A stretch of DNA of 63,874 nucleotides, counting the filler, from Intoshia linei (taxonomy: Eukaryota > Animalia > Orthonectida), in the NCBI GenBank assembly GCA_001642005.1. It is 9 parts of 9 records of this genome, joined end to end, with 100 filler letters (N's around TTAATTAATTAA, not from the genome) between each part and the next. Parts side by side here need not be neighbours in the genome. Positions count along the whole stretch, not along the records: positions 23,285 to 40,280 come from LWCA01000822.1; positions 40,381 to 52,327 come from LWCA01001125.1; positions 52,428 to 57,767 come from LWCA01001794.1; 6 more parts are not named here. The stretch is one strand, 5' to 3'. The translations under genes were made by a program, and so were the position numbers. Shown here piece after piece: positions 38,858 to 52,889 of this stretch. Below the pieces are notes generated by a model, which made no database searches, was not told the origin of the DNA, and saw nothing but the letters and a program-made list of their open reading frames with translations. How positions within the stretch are numbered: position 1 is the stretch's first letter; each line of letters opens with the position of its first letter.

Positions 38858-40229
38858 TAAATTTTTGTAAATATAATATTAAACTACACAAAAATTGATG
38901 ACAGATTAAAAATTTAGTTAACCAAAGCTAGAGTTGGGCGTTTGGATGAAAGTGAAATTTTGAAAGTTTTAACTAGATAAATATATTTTTTAATCAGAAA
39001 TTTAGAAAAAAATTGAATTTTATGCAATGTAATTATGTACATTGGATAATGTATATAATCTATCTGACGTGGCCAAATATCATATGACAGGAATGAAAAA
39101 TATATTTAAGCAGTAGGTCATTTTTAGCGCTTTTCAAAAGTTTATAAATGCAGGTGAGTTCTAATAATGTACCAGGATTTTTAACTAACAAATCAAAATA
39201 GTCATCAGTTTTATCAATGGCAATAACTGGTTCGCATTAATATATAGAATCCATACTATAGATTCTATAGCATTCATGCACAAATTATAACGTTTAGTTG
39301 ACTCGATAACTTAGTCATTGTATACAAAAATAAAAATAGATCAATTGACTAATAGTAGAACAAAATATTTAATAAATAATAATCGTACCCAGCCACATAT
39401 ATAACAAGTTTTAACAACTAAATCCATTCTTGAATTTGCTTTTGAAATCTATAGTAAATATTTATTTACTATATAATTTTAAATATGTTTATCAAGTTTC
39501 ATAAAAATGTTTACATTTCTGAATATTGAACACATTATGTAATCCCTAAATACCAGTAGAAGTTTAAATTTAGATTATTTATTTTTTTATTCATTCAATT
39601 ATGTTTTTATAATGAACCTTATAATTTAGACTTCAATTCATCTTTATTGTCATAGGCAATTTTTTGGTTCGAAATTTGACATTTTTGTAAAATGATGGTC
39701 TTGTTACGGCAAATTGAGCATTAAAAATTATATTTTTAAATATCAACTAAATTTATTTTCTGTGTTGAATTTCTAGTTTAAATCCTTTTACAGGTAATTT
39801 ATATATATTTTTAATATTCGGATGGCCCAGAGTTTGGTAGGTTCAGCTCTGGAAGGGAGACTTGAATTAAATTACAATTTTCACCAGTTTATTTCTAGTG
39901 CATTTCTCATGGTATCTCATGCAGTAGCGGATCTAGGATTTTCAGCCAGGGGGGCTAAATACTTATTGGAGAGCTAAACTCATATATTTAATCATATAAT
40001 TAAATTTGAATGTTCATATTATCTATAATATATATTTTTTTCTAGTTTTCATTCTACTAAAGTTTTCAGATACATATACATATTATATACAGGGTATTTA
40101 TATTTGTTTTTGCACATTACAATAAAGTTTTTGCATTTTACAGAAAAGTTTTTGCACTTTATTGTTTGGTCAATTATGATGAAATATGTAACTAATATAC
40201 ATTTTGCCTACATGTTTGAACAACTTTTA

Positions 40230-40280
40230 ATTGAACAAACCGATAGTTCTATATATTTCATAGATGAAGCTGGATTTAAC
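40230..40280 (+). mobile_element. IS630/Tc1 DDE transposase fragment
   Basis: IYFIDEAGFN is typical of the first catalytic Asp motif. Cut by the gap. Confidence 0.45.
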
Positions 40281-40679
40281 NNNNNNNNNNNNNNNNNNNN
40301 NNNNNNNNNNNNNNNNNNNNNNNNTTAATTAATTAANNNNNNNNNNNNNNNNNNNNNNNNNNNNNNNNNNNNNNNNNNNNGAAATGTGCTATTTGCTATT
40401 TGTTATGAAAAATTTAAAGTATTCATTTTGAAATCTGCAATAAAAATTGTGAGTAAACTGTTACTATTTTTTGAGAAAGAGACCCCAAAGTAAAAGGGGG
40501 CCCACAAAAAATTTTCACGCTTCGCTCAAAACTTAGGATTAAGAATAATTAATGTTGGCAACCCTGGGCAGAGGTTACCAACCAGTGGATCTTTAATTGC
40601 CCGAAAGTCGATCGTGGAATGATTTTAGAAAAATTTTCTTCCTTTTTTTTCTAGTAATTGCTACCATATAAATCTAGTA

Positions 40680-40851
40680 CAGTGATATCTCGATATAGTG
40701 ACGTTCGATTACTTAAATTTTAGTTTATTTAGAAACAATTTTAAGCCAAAAATATTTTTTGCAATCATAGATATGTAATTTTGGCTTTACATTTAACTCC
40801 AAATAAACTAAAATTGAAGTAATCGAACGTGACTATATCGAGATATCACTG
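40680..40851. mobile_element. pogo/Tc1-type MITE
   Basis: TA|CAGTGATATCTCGATATAGTGACGTTCGATTACTT ... AAGTAATCGAACGTGACTATATCGAGATATCACTG|TA. About 50-bp near-perfect TIRs and a TA TSD. Confidence 0.9.
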
Positions 40852-41606
40852 TAATAGTAATTGGAAAACTATTGTAATATAAGAAAATGTGATTTTTATA
40901 TAACAGTTTGCATTGGATCAACTACCTGTCTGAATCTGCATTTTGTTACATGAAGATCATAACATCCAAATACAGATTACTATTTACTGGCTTGCCTAAG
41001 TCTTGAATCAAGACTTTTGATACAACCTGCTACAACACTGACTATGATACAATATTTGAATCCTCCCAGAGCACGTGTCTGACTAATGTAGAAAATATAA
41101 TATTTTTTATTTTTCGCTCTCTTCCTTCCTCAGGATGGTAGATTTTATGTAGTGCGACCAGAAGTACGACTTTTCAAAACTAAATAAACTTATAAATTGA
41201 AATTTAACTTAAATGTTCATTTTTCTAATCAAAAATTAATCAAAAACATATTTTGTTTTTAAGCAATAAAAGTACTACTTTTATACGTTCTACTATTTAC
41301 TTATTCTACTTATTCTACTTTTAGTACGGGAAAAATATGGTCAGCCTATCTTATGCCAATAGAGATTGGCCAGCTCTGGTCTAAGGCAAAATTTTTAGAC
41401 AAATTTATACAGAAATTTATATTATAAATTTAAATGTTATTATCATGTATGTTGTAATTAATCTTCTGGAAGGATAAATTGTTAACATTATCTAATTAAC
41501 GCTTTGAGGATACAAAAGCCTGTGCAATAGTTAATTATAATTAAATAAACAATTTAAAATATATTGTTTCTAATTTTTTCTGTAATTTAGCCTATATATA
41601 GTAAAG

Positions 41607-42009
41607 CAGTGCTTTTCAAAGGGTCCATGTGGACCCAGGGGTCCACGACTAAAGTAATGTATTATTCCATCTTAATTCATCCCTAATAGAAAAAATCCAC
41701 TTTTTCTAATTTTTTTTTAAAAATTTCGATTTTACCGTACCATACGTGAAAACTCTTAATGCAATTGTACAAATCTTTAAGCGCAAAATATACTTTTTAC
41801 AATATTTTTTTAAAAAATACAATTTTACCAAATCTAAGGAGAAAAAACCACTTAATCTAATCACAAGAAAAAAAATGCTAATTAAAAATATGATTAATAT
41901 TTACATTAAATTTAATAATTATAATTAAAGTATATAAAATGATGAAAAAAATATTTACATATAAATATGTTAGGGGAATCCAGGCCGTTTATTATTTTGA
42001 GAAACACTG
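41607..42009. mobile_element. Non-autonomous hAT element
   Basis: CAGTGCTTTTCAAA ... TTTGAGAAACACTG; TSD TAGTAAAG / CAGTAAAG. Confidence 0.75.
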
Positions 42010-43686
42010 CAGTAAAGTATTTAGAAAGCACATATTAATACAAAATGGCATGTTGTGTAATACAATGCAATTCCACATGCATGCTTGTTTTAAATTTTAC
42101 AACATATCTCATTTCGAAATGACGAATATTCCGAAAAGGGGTAAAATTATTAATAATAAGGTTGATTTTGAAATGAGTTGTCGGCGATAAATTAAATTGA
42201 AATTGTATATTCTACACTAATCGAATTATTAATTCGATTATTTCAAGAAACATTGTAATTACAAACTATCGTTATCAACTTATTATTTTGTATCATCATA
42301 GTACTATGCAATTCCATTTTACGAAAGTCTTGCTAATTATAATGTGAAGGTGTGTGCACTTTAAAGTTATGAACAGGGAAAGTAAAAGTTGATTTTTTAT
42401 ATGTTAATTAGCATGCAATTCCAAGCATGATCATACCAATATTATGTTTATTAATTAGCTAATTAAAATTTTATAATAAAGTTATTTTTTTGAAATTAAA
42501 AATAAACACTTCTATTTTATTCCAAAAATTTTACTTTTACAGGTAAAATTATTCTGTATAACTTTCAAATGGTACGAAATAAAAACAGATAAAAAATACT
42601 TGTAAAAAATGAAAAGTAATCGATTGAAGTTAACAAGATTCAAATTAGAGTTGTATACAAAAAAAATTTTAAAGTTACTAAAAATCAGTCGTTAGGTTAT
42701 TTAAAAAATTGCCCTAGTTATGAACCATTCGTATCAAGAATAAAAAGAATTAACATATCATTGTAGCATGTAATTTATTGTTGATTATAATTAATAATAC
42801 ATTGCATTCCACTAATTATTATTATTGTAATTGTAATATAATATAATTTTATTGACTATGTATTTATATTTTTAGACAAATGTAATTTAATTAATAACGA
42901 ATTATAATAATTTATTGTATTTATATACTTTTTATTCGTTTTAAAAGTGTTTTTCAAGATTGTAATTAAATTGATATTTATTTATACATAAGTATATATT
43001 AATTTAATATAATTTAGAATATCAAGTATATAATGTAAAAATTAGATCGTAAAAAAATTTATTTAAATGTTTTAATTATAAAATGAAATTGAAATTATAT
43101 TTATCTATGTAGTATTATCTATACTATGTAGCCAGTAATTATGACATACACTTGTATTATACCACTATTATTGTACAATATTACATTTTAATATAACGTA
43201 GACCGTAATATACAATTTGTTATACATTATGTATTTTTAAATTTTATTGACATGTGAATTACATATTTAGATGGTATAATATACTGACGACATATACATG
43301 ATAAATAAATGCATTAATAATAACATTATTTACTTACACTGTATTTGAAATTATAATTATTTAAACGATATTAATTTACATTCGTATATATTCTAAAAAA
43401 AATTAGAAAGTAAATCTTAATTTTTAATTGTATTCATTTTAATCGTTAATTAAATAGGATGTAAGTATCTAAAAGTCAAACGTGAGATTGAGTTTTAATA
43501 CATCGCGCCTATTGCATACTTATAGTGAAAAAAATCTGATTATTGATCATTAAGTTTTAAATGCGATTCAGGATGTGATTGTACTTAATTGTGGGTATGT
43601 ATAATATTAAAATTTAATACAATTTTTTAGTTTATATTGATCCGGGTAAATTTATTTTGTGTACATTTTTTAATAATTATGAATAG

Positions 43687-44253
43687 ACGCAACTATTTAT
43701 AACTCAAGTTATTCTAAAGGAACAATAGTATTAATTACGTGTGGTACTTTGGGTATATTTGCATTCATCATGTAATTTATTGATTTTCCAAAATTATAAG
43801 TCATATGTATAACTGTATGTCTGGTATACAATATATACTATCATATACATATCAGGGTTTCTTGATGCTTTTTTATTCAAAATTTTTGAAGCAGAACATT
43901 ATTATCGTTTATCAATGATAAGTTTTTCCAATTACTGAACGCATTTAATTATTTTACCTTTATATAGAATCATGATTGTATCTATATGCTTATTACGCAA
44001 AGAAAAAAAAGATCTGGCCGCCACTAAGTCAAATAAACGTTATGAATTGCATCAATATTCGCATAATAATAAGATCAAAAAAGCTAGAACTGTACCTAGA
44101 AATCCAAATAATTCATATACACATTATAAACTTCCAACAGAAACACAAGGTGTGCCAATAATGCACTCAAGATTTGAACCTTTTCCAGACTTTGACAGTA
44201 CAAAGCTTACAAAAAATTCTATTAGACAAATTTACAATCCAGGAATAAATTAA
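43687..44253 (+). CDS. 3' part of a single-pass membrane protein
   Basis: Exon DATIYNSSYSKGTIVLITCGTLGIFAFII splices to IMIVSICLLRKEKK..., i.e. a TM helix, a basic stop-transfer and an ~85-aa Tyr-containing tail. Upstream exons unresolved. Confidence 0.5.
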
Positions 44254-44516
44254 CTTTAAACATTATTATTAATGTAAACATTGTTTTAGAAATGAATAAG
44301 CGTCGTTCATTTATTAAAAATTATTCTTGATTTTTCTAGTGTCCACATATACATAGTTCATGTAAGGATAAAATTCTTTCCTATATACGTGGTACAGTGT
44401 ACCATTGTGTGGTACACACTCCATTGCAACAACATAAATAAGAAATTTTATATTAAAATTTAATATTCGTTAAATTTATCAATAACAATTAATTATGGTG
44501 GTTACAAACTTGTATG

Positions 44517-47500
44517 TTAGGTATATTTCTAAAATATAATAAAAATTTTTATTAATTTTGTATAAAACCTCTAAACTATTCATGAAATTTTGTGCAGCAT
44601 TGCTAATCTTAGTGGCTACATCAACAACACCCTTTTTTATGGCGTCCTTGTTAATATCATAGTTTTTTGTATTATAACTACTTGATGAATATTCAGCTGT
44701 ATCATTGGTATTACTCGATATTCCGCCATATCTATTTGGAGTAAATGACGGTTTTTCCTAAATATTACATTAAAAGAAAAATCATGCATATTGGAGGAAA
44801 CATAAATAAAACGTAAGCTCACAATTCGATTAAAACAATACTAGTACATCAAACTAGATAATTATCAAACTGTAAATGTTTCATGATTAAAAAACAAAAT
44901 TAACCTTAATAGGTTCTGAATTATATGAATTTATTTCTTCTGCTCTAAAATATGTATGTCTTTGATAATTTTTGTACTCTTGTTTAACTTCATTTACCAA
45001 TTCACCTGTTGTATCAAAGTTTGTTTTTACTTCTTCATCTTTTTTTAATTGGGACAGCCAATCGGAGCCACTACATAGTGTAATAATTTATAAAATTAAA
45101 ATGACTAGTATTCTATAGAGCCGCCATTAAATTTTTTATTCAAATTAAGTTTACAAAATAAAAATTTAAAAAAAATGATACAAATTTTCTAAAATGTATT
45201 GCGGTATGGGATCGTTAGATGGCTACGGTTCAGTCAACGTTAACCTCTACTATCAATGTTATCAAAATTAGTAATTACTTATAATCATCACCAGAATAAT
45301 AATTTGGTCTTGATATAACACTTTCGTATGGAACATTTCTTTTAGATTGAGAACTATCAACACTGTCATCAGTATTTGGATTTAGACTAATAAACGCAGA
45401 ATGTTGGTTTCTAATCAAATATATAAATAATATATATTACATGTATAGGTAAAGATAAAATAATTACAATCCTTTGTTAGGGGTAGGTCGAGATTTATTA
45501 TCTCGTGAAGGTTTGTGCTGTGTGTGACTAGTTTTACCATCAATGTGCTGTTGGTTTAGTTTATTAGATAAACCTTCAACTCTTTCTATTATGTCATCAT
45601 TTGGTTCGCTAACGTATGAACTTTGAAATTTCAAAGTTGATATATTTGCAGTATTAGATGGACTACCAAAAAATTCAAGTGTTAAAATTAATAAATATAA
45701 ACGAGTGATTATTACTTTATAAAGCTTGTTTCGCATTTTTCAGGTTTTGTCGTTTTTTTAGTCGTCTAATTTATCAATATAAAGTAAATAATAAAAAAAT
45801 AAAATATAATTTTACATCTTCTACATAGAATAAATTAATATAATGATTAGATTTTGAAAAAAAATTGCTCGTCAAGCATACAACCATCATGCCGAATCTA
45901 CTATACCCAAATCGCTGTTCGGGCGCCTTAGCGAAATTTTTGTAAAATAGGGGTCCGTTTTCCAAATAGAGCATTAAAAAAATTATATTCTTGAATATCA
46001 GAACTATTTTGTGTATTAAATTTAAAATGTCAAGTTAAAAACCTTAGAGAGGTGGTTAGGGCTATGCACTACGTATATTTTGTCAAATTTTTTATTTTAG
46101 GGGACCTCGAGCATGGTAGACTCGTCTCTAATGACAAGTTGACCTTCTTGGACATTTTGATGCATCAAACAAGATTAATGTTAACATAAACAGCAATTAG
46201 ACGGAAAACGAATGACTCATTAGTGTAAAATCAGAAAAAGTCTGACTGTAAATAAATTAAATACCTTTTTCGCGGAAGCAATATTTAAAAATTTAGACGG
46301 AGTTTTTTTTTTTGGTTTACTTTTTGTTTCTTCCTTGGGTTTTGCGTTTGAATTTGATAATGCCATAGACTGGGTAAAAGTATTACAAGCTTTATCAGGC
46401 TTAAAATCATGTATTGACTCATTTTCCAAATATGAATTTTTTAAAACATCTTGAATAGACTAAATTGAAATATTTAAGTTGATATAATCTATACTAGACA
46501 TTCTTCAAACGTAATTTCTGTGAACCCATGAGATACTTGATGTTTAAATAATAATACAATTTGAAATGTTTTAATCGATCAATCAAAAATTGACATATTG
46601 ATTACGAAAAAATTTTAACCGTCAATTTTAATATTAGAATACAGTCCATTTCAACAATATCATTGTTGAGTTTTAATTATAAAATTAAAAACCATATTCT
46701 AAAATTATCTACTCATGTTAGTCAATTTTAAAAGTATAAGTTATTTTTTACTTTCTTTTGAATCTATCATTAATGTATGTTCACTTATTTCAATAAATTA
46801 ATGATTCACTACATTAATTTTCTCCAAAATACAATTATTTTTTTTATTATTAACAATGAAACGTAGAAACCTTTCCGCACCTACGTAGAAGATAATTTAC
46901 GGTACTAACATTACCGACGCATTAAAATAAATTAATTTCGTTTTGAAATTTTCTTTAAATCGCCTGATATCGAAAATTGAATTGTTTATAGATTGTGACC
47001 CTTAGACCATTGTTTCCCAACCTTTTTTATGCTAGGCCCCATTTTTAATCTTAAAAAATACCAGGCCATACAGAAAAAAAATTCGATCGAATTATAATAA
47101 AATAATGATAAAAACAATAATAATGTATTTATTTTTTAGAATTAATGAGACGATTGAGCCTGACGATTCTGACAGAGTTTATTAATATTAGATACTAATG
47201 TTGTAAGCTTTAATCGTATATCTCCCCTTTTTAAAATTTATAGTCTATTTATTTTTTTGTCAGTAAGTATAAAACTGCCCTAAACCCGCATTCTGCGAAA
47301 TAAGAGGATAAAAATGGCAACAAAGCAATGCTAGCAAAAGTAGTTAAAGTCGGATTAATTTTATAGATCATTAAAGATATATTTGTTTTTTTGTCATTAT
47401 AGTAATTTAATAATACAATTAATTCGTTCAAATATCACATAACCACTTATAAACATGAGAATATTGTATAAAATTAACAATAAATTAATCTAAAGTTTCA

Positions 47501-49047
47501 TAATCCTATAAATTAGTAATATTTCCCAGGCCCCACCAAATTTCCAATGTCCCACCAAAAATTTCATCATGCCCCATCAGTGGGGCCTGACCCCAGGGTT
47601 GAGAAACACTGCCTTAGACCCATTGATAATTCTCATTCGACCCTGGAATATAAACCGTTTAGAAATCCTGCAATACTTTATTTCAATTTCGCTATTTTGT
47701 ATAACGTACCATATGTTCCGCATTAATGACATTTTTTTCAAGTGTTTTCTTATACGCAATGGCCATTTTATGGTTATATCTATCGTTAAAGTTTTCATCC
47801 ATCAACGAATGTCTTTTAAAGTAATATAACTAATTTAAATGTAATCTTGATAAAATCCATAAACAATAAATAATAGTTACTGCTCTATCATTCCCACCCA
47901 AAATCATTTGTTTAATTTGAAAATCAGTCCAATTGGTGTCCAGAACCTAAATTGAGATAAAATGAATAATATAATCTGAAAGGTATGATTATAATCATTC
48001 CAAAAATTTCTCCTATTGGAACATATTTTATATTTTACATTAACTAATTAGGACATCGTTTCCCAACTGCAGGTCCCTGAAAAATTTTTACCGATCAGTA
48101 AAATAATATTACTAATTAAGAGTAAATCATTACGTTTTTTATCAAAATTTTATAATTTAATACCGGACACCGTGAAAAAAGTGTAAGAATCAATGATCTA
48201 GGAAAATTTATAAATATTTTAGGGTATTCAAATTATTTTACATGATCAATTTCACATCGTATAAGCCAAATTCCATTCATAAATATGGGTCAAAAATTAC
48301 CATGCGCGAGTAGTGAAGGTTTTAAAAAATTTTCTATATGATATTTAACTATTTTTATTGTATAAACCAGTATAACAGTAGTCGTCAAATCGTATAAACC
48401 AGGGTTTCTTAACATTTTTTAAATATAGCACCTATAACACGGCCTTACAAAGAATCCCAATAAATTTGTTTCATCGTCCAAATAATCCCAAACAAATATT
48501 TCCATTTTTTTATGCAATCAAACATTTTTCAGATCCAGGGATCCATATGGACTAGTTTGGCGACCCCAGAAATAGAATAATCTTGTAGATTATATATCAT
48601 GTCTAATTGTATTCAATTACCTTTACATTCAGGAAGTAATCGGCAAATACTACGGATTTTCGTTAGGAGAACCCTGCAGGCAAAAAAATATCGCCCATCT
48701 TCAAAAAATTATTTTTAATTGCTTAACCAGAATACTATGTATAGGACATTTTGCAAAGATCATAAAAGTTGACATGCAATTACTGTAGCCAGTAAATGTT
48801 TGAAAAGGTAAAAAAATTACTGTAGATCGAACAAAAGACAAGTGAACACCAAGAGATCTATGAGCCGCAGAACAGTCCATGCAAATAAAAACTCCATATG
48901 TTACAGTTGCCCAAGTGGCATTATTTGCGTTACAATCAAAGCATTTCTAAAAATTAAATAATAATACATTCAATTAAGTCTTAATATAAAAAACAAAAGT
49001 ACACGGTTGGCTGGTATATTTTTTAAAGAATCAAAAATGTTTTGCAT
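44517..49047 (-). CDS. ARFGAP2: ADP-ribosylation factor GTPase-activating protein 2/3 (Glo3 type)
   Basis: [15 protein letters not shown]|[42 protein letters not shown]|[22 protein letters not shown] is the ArfGAP zinc finger. C-terminus [25 protein letters not shown]|KYT* matches the ArfGAP2/3 terminal amphipathic helix. Exon path between ~47710 and ~46540 is uncertain. The symbol is family-level. Confidence 0.9.
47008..47611 (-). mobile_element. hAT/Buster deletion derivative in an ArfGAP intron
   Basis: TIRs CATTGTTTCCCAACC / GGTTGAGAAACACTG, perfect TSD CCTTAGAC (47000-47007, 47612-47619). Retains transposase C-terminus [14 protein letters not shown] ... [28 protein letters not shown]. 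Confidence 0.92.
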
Positions 49048-49898
49048 TTGAGACAAACGTAATATGTTAGTTTATTCAGAATTTACCTAGAAACGTAATA
49101 CTAATTTATCACAATTTGTGGCTCTCAAGTTATTTGTGTTGTCTTAGAACTTTATTAGTTGTTATCAAAAATTTTGAATTTCAAAATTCTGATTCATAAA
49201 TTGAGTAAACAAACACAAATCATAATTATGAGTGAATATGTGGAATAACAACAACCCACTGTATGAGTAAAAAATGAGGGGGAAAAACGAAATTTATGGA
49301 AAATTAACTGATAGGAATCTACATGTATTTCAATCGAAATTGTAAATTATAGTAGAACCCGTGCCCGGTCCGTCGATCCGTTCGAATTAAACTTTTAATT
49401 CAATATTTACTTACATGTTAATTTATTTTTTTGTATTAATACAAATTGCTCATCGTTGCTGTCTACATGTCTGTATGTATTATGAGCAGGATACTGCTCA
49501 GTGATCATGGTTCATGACTCATGATGTGTGAAGTTGATCAAATAAAAAATTTAGGGATGATACTGGTAGATATTAAAAAATTTTAACGGTCACGGGCGGA
49601 TAGGAATTAAATAAAAAATGTTTTCCAAGTTATGATGTCATAACTTGTCCAGTTACATGTAATTAAAATTTAATATCAAATTAAAAGGAAATTTACAATA
49701 CAGTCTTTAGAATAGAAGCCTTACATAGTTTAGTTACGTCATTTAAAAAATATTAAGATCCTCGGTTCAATTTTTATTTCTAAATTGCTAACTCTAACAT
49801 TAATTCTAAACAGCATTGCTAAATTTATTAAAATCCATAGTAACATTAAAATAAAATACTTTTATTAATAAAAATTACAACGATTTTGAAATTTTAAA
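49048..49898. promoter_or_regulatory. Divergent intergenic region between ArfGAP2/3 and Rae1, with palindromic bZIP-like motifs
   Basis: Head-to-head ATGs about 850 bp apart. TGACTCA at 49515, CAAGTTATGA-TG-TCATAACTTG at 49626-49647, TTACGTCAT at 49734. Confidence 0.4.
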
Positions 49899-51213
49899 AT
49901 GTCAATATTTGGAAAGTCCAATTCAACGTTTGGGAGTTCTAGTGTATTTGGAAACACCAACAGTTCATCTAATAATATGAGCTTTGGTTCTTTGGGTAAA
50001 TCCGTTGCTTCCATAAATTCTTTTGGAACATCCACTAATCAAACTATGACTTCTGATGCCACCAAATTTGTAAATTCAAATAACGATACTAAATTCAGTG
50101 AACCACCTACAGACACGATTTCTAGTTTAGTATTTAGTCCTACAACTTCGAATATTGGGTTAGCTGGTGTTTCATCTTTTTGTGCTGCCACATGTTGGGA
50201 TAAATCTGTAATTTATGATGATTAATTGATTAATTAATTGATGATATTTGTATGTTTTTGACTAGATACGAATTTGGCAGGTTGACCATAATAGCAAAAA
50301 TACCGCTCCAAAGGCCGAAACAATTGCTGCAGAATTCCCATTTCATTGTTCTTGGAATGATGTACAATAATTTAAAATAATAAAATATGATATTTTTAAG
50401 AATTCTACACAGTTGTTTTATGCGAGTAGCGATAAAAGTGCTTATACCTGGGATTTGGCATCAAATCAGTCTGTAAAATTTGCCGAGGTTCATATTTATA
50501 GAGACAATACATATTTTTTTAGCATACTGCACCAATTCAAACTGTTCACCACATTAAAACTCCCACATATACTGCTGTTATGACTACAAGTTGGGATTCT
50601 ACTGTGAAGGTTGCACTTTTATGATATATAGAATTGTAAGGGGTTGTGGATAGTAGACCCAATGGGTAAGCAAGGAAAAACATTTTTTAGTGTTAACGGG
50701 GTGATGAGTTAAAAATTATTAACAATTGTAAATTAATAGTATACTTAAACAATTTTTTGTATTGGTATTTATTGTCCATGTCACATAGACTATATGTAAT
50801 GATAAATGGCAGAAAATACTGGTCATGGTGTACAATGTAAGCATCGTAATCAAATAAAATTAAATAAATAAATTGACGGCACGAGTTGGTAAGAATTTGA
50901 AAATATTGAGCCGTGTAGAGCTGTACTTGAATGGTTAGGTTAATTCTTACAATATAATAAATAGTTTTTGCTTTTATTTTTTAATGTAAATTAGTTTTGG
51001 GATTTACGATCAGCAACACCCATGAAATCTATCGATATTGGTGGAAAAGCATTAGGTGCAGATTGTGTATTTAAATTTTATTATATTTTATTAATTTTTT
51101 AATAGATGTATCCTGCTGCAGTGATTTTAAATTCGAATCGGAAAATTGCCGTTCTTAATTTGAACAATGAACCTTCAATTGTTAGAATGGACGACAGTCT
51201 TTTAAACCACCTC
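49899..51213 (+). CDS. RAE1: mRNA export factor Rae1/Gle2, six exons visible, 3' truncated
   Basis: MSIFG..., EPPTDTISSLVFSP, CWDKS|IRIWQV, WDLASNQ, HTAPIQTVHHIKTPTYTAVMTTSWDSTVK|FWDLRSATPM, ADC|MYPAAV, SLLNH. Collinear with Rae1 WD40 blades. Confidence 0.92.
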
Positions 51214-52889
51214 GTAAGTTGTGTTTATTAATTAGAATACAATATAAAATCTATTATATAAATTATTACCCAATCTGAAAAATGACCAATTACAAGGCAG
51301 TCATTAAATTTTACATAATAGTGTTAATCAAGACAATATGGGAGGGGCGCTACACTGAAAACCTTAGAAAACACTGATATATTAAAATTATCAGCTAATT
51401 TTTATAATTGAAAATCGAAAACGTGATATTTTAATTAGTAATTTTACTATTTATATTAAATTTTAACAAAAAAACATAGTGACATGTTTTACATGTTGAA
51501 TAAAATTTTTATTACATCTTTGAGTTAATTTTATAATTGCATTCTCACGAAACATTTAAACAAGATTTAAACTAAGAATTACACTGTCAAACACGTATAC
51601 TACAAATTTACTGCGACATCATATATTTTTCCTAATCTCAGCGACGCTAAATTAATGGCTGGTATACTAAATCATACTAAACCATCAATATCTTTACTCT
51701 TATCAATTTTGGATAGAAAATCATTTTCATTCAAGTTCTCAGAACTTTGAAAAGGTAATTGCAACATAAAACCATGTACACTAGGGTGTCCACTTTTTAA
51801 ACTTTTCGTTGAATTAACAAAAGTATATTTTACTGAGCGTTCGAAATGTAATTTATAACACAGTTACCGATTAAATTTTATCTAGTTTTGTAATTTCCTT
51901 CGCCTATTTTTTTTTAAACCTTTTTTAAAAACATGACAGAAGAACTTTATTATTGTTCATGTTTTTATACCTATATACATTTAAATGATATTTAAATAAG
52001 GTAAAATGACTATTAAATACGTATTTTTGACATGAAAATGGTATCATTGTTAATGTGAAAAAACTAGTAAATATTTTAAGATATAAAAAATAAATTTATG
52101 TATTTAAATGTAAAATATGCTACTACAATTTGTATTTAGATAGTATAAATAATGACCTCTAAAGAGAAAAGAGATATAATACTTTTTTACCCTGGTAGAC
52201 CCATATTCATCTTTAACGGAGAGTAGAAAAGAGTAGTGCTAAAAGCCACTGTGGGGTAACCTCACAAGGATAGAAATAAATAATACAAATTGTAATAGCA
52301 TATTTTAATAATTTGGTAATTTATTGANNNNNNNNNNNNNNNNNNNNNNNNNNNNNNNNNNNNNNNNNNNNTTAATTAATTAANNNNNNNNNNNNNNNNN
52401 NNNNNNNNNNNNNNNNNNNNNNNNNNNGCGAGATAGAGGATTTAAAACTATAGAAACAACAGATAAAACCTTTAAATGAAAGGTTAAATTGACATAAAAT
52501 TGTAAATTGTAATACAAATTGTAAAATTTAATACAAAATAATTAAAATCTATCGTATCAAAAAATAAATTTTTACAGCTGAAATTAATTAGATATTTTTT
52601 TAATTAAATAATTTCTAAAAATTACATTTAAATTAAAAAATGGGTTTACTAAATAGTAAATCAGTAAATAGAATAGAATATAAATACAATTTTTTGTAAG
52701 TGTACTATACATATTACCCTTTTTAAATAAATTTATTATTTATCTGCTTTATTAAACCTTCTATTTTGCGATTTACAAGCATTTTAAATTTCAACATGAT
52801 TTAAAACTTAAGTACACAAAATCTTAAGTAATTCTGAAAAATGGTTTTAAAAATTTTAGTTTTATATTTTAAGTCAATGGCGAGTTATA

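Noticed and set aside
40900-41180. Higher-GC patch that looks exon-like
   Set aside because: Every frame I translated has stops and no recognisable motif.
44580-44820. Plus-strand hydrophobic frame with TGA codons resembling a mitochondrial insertion
   Set aside because: It is the antisense of the ArfGAP2/3 penultimate exon.
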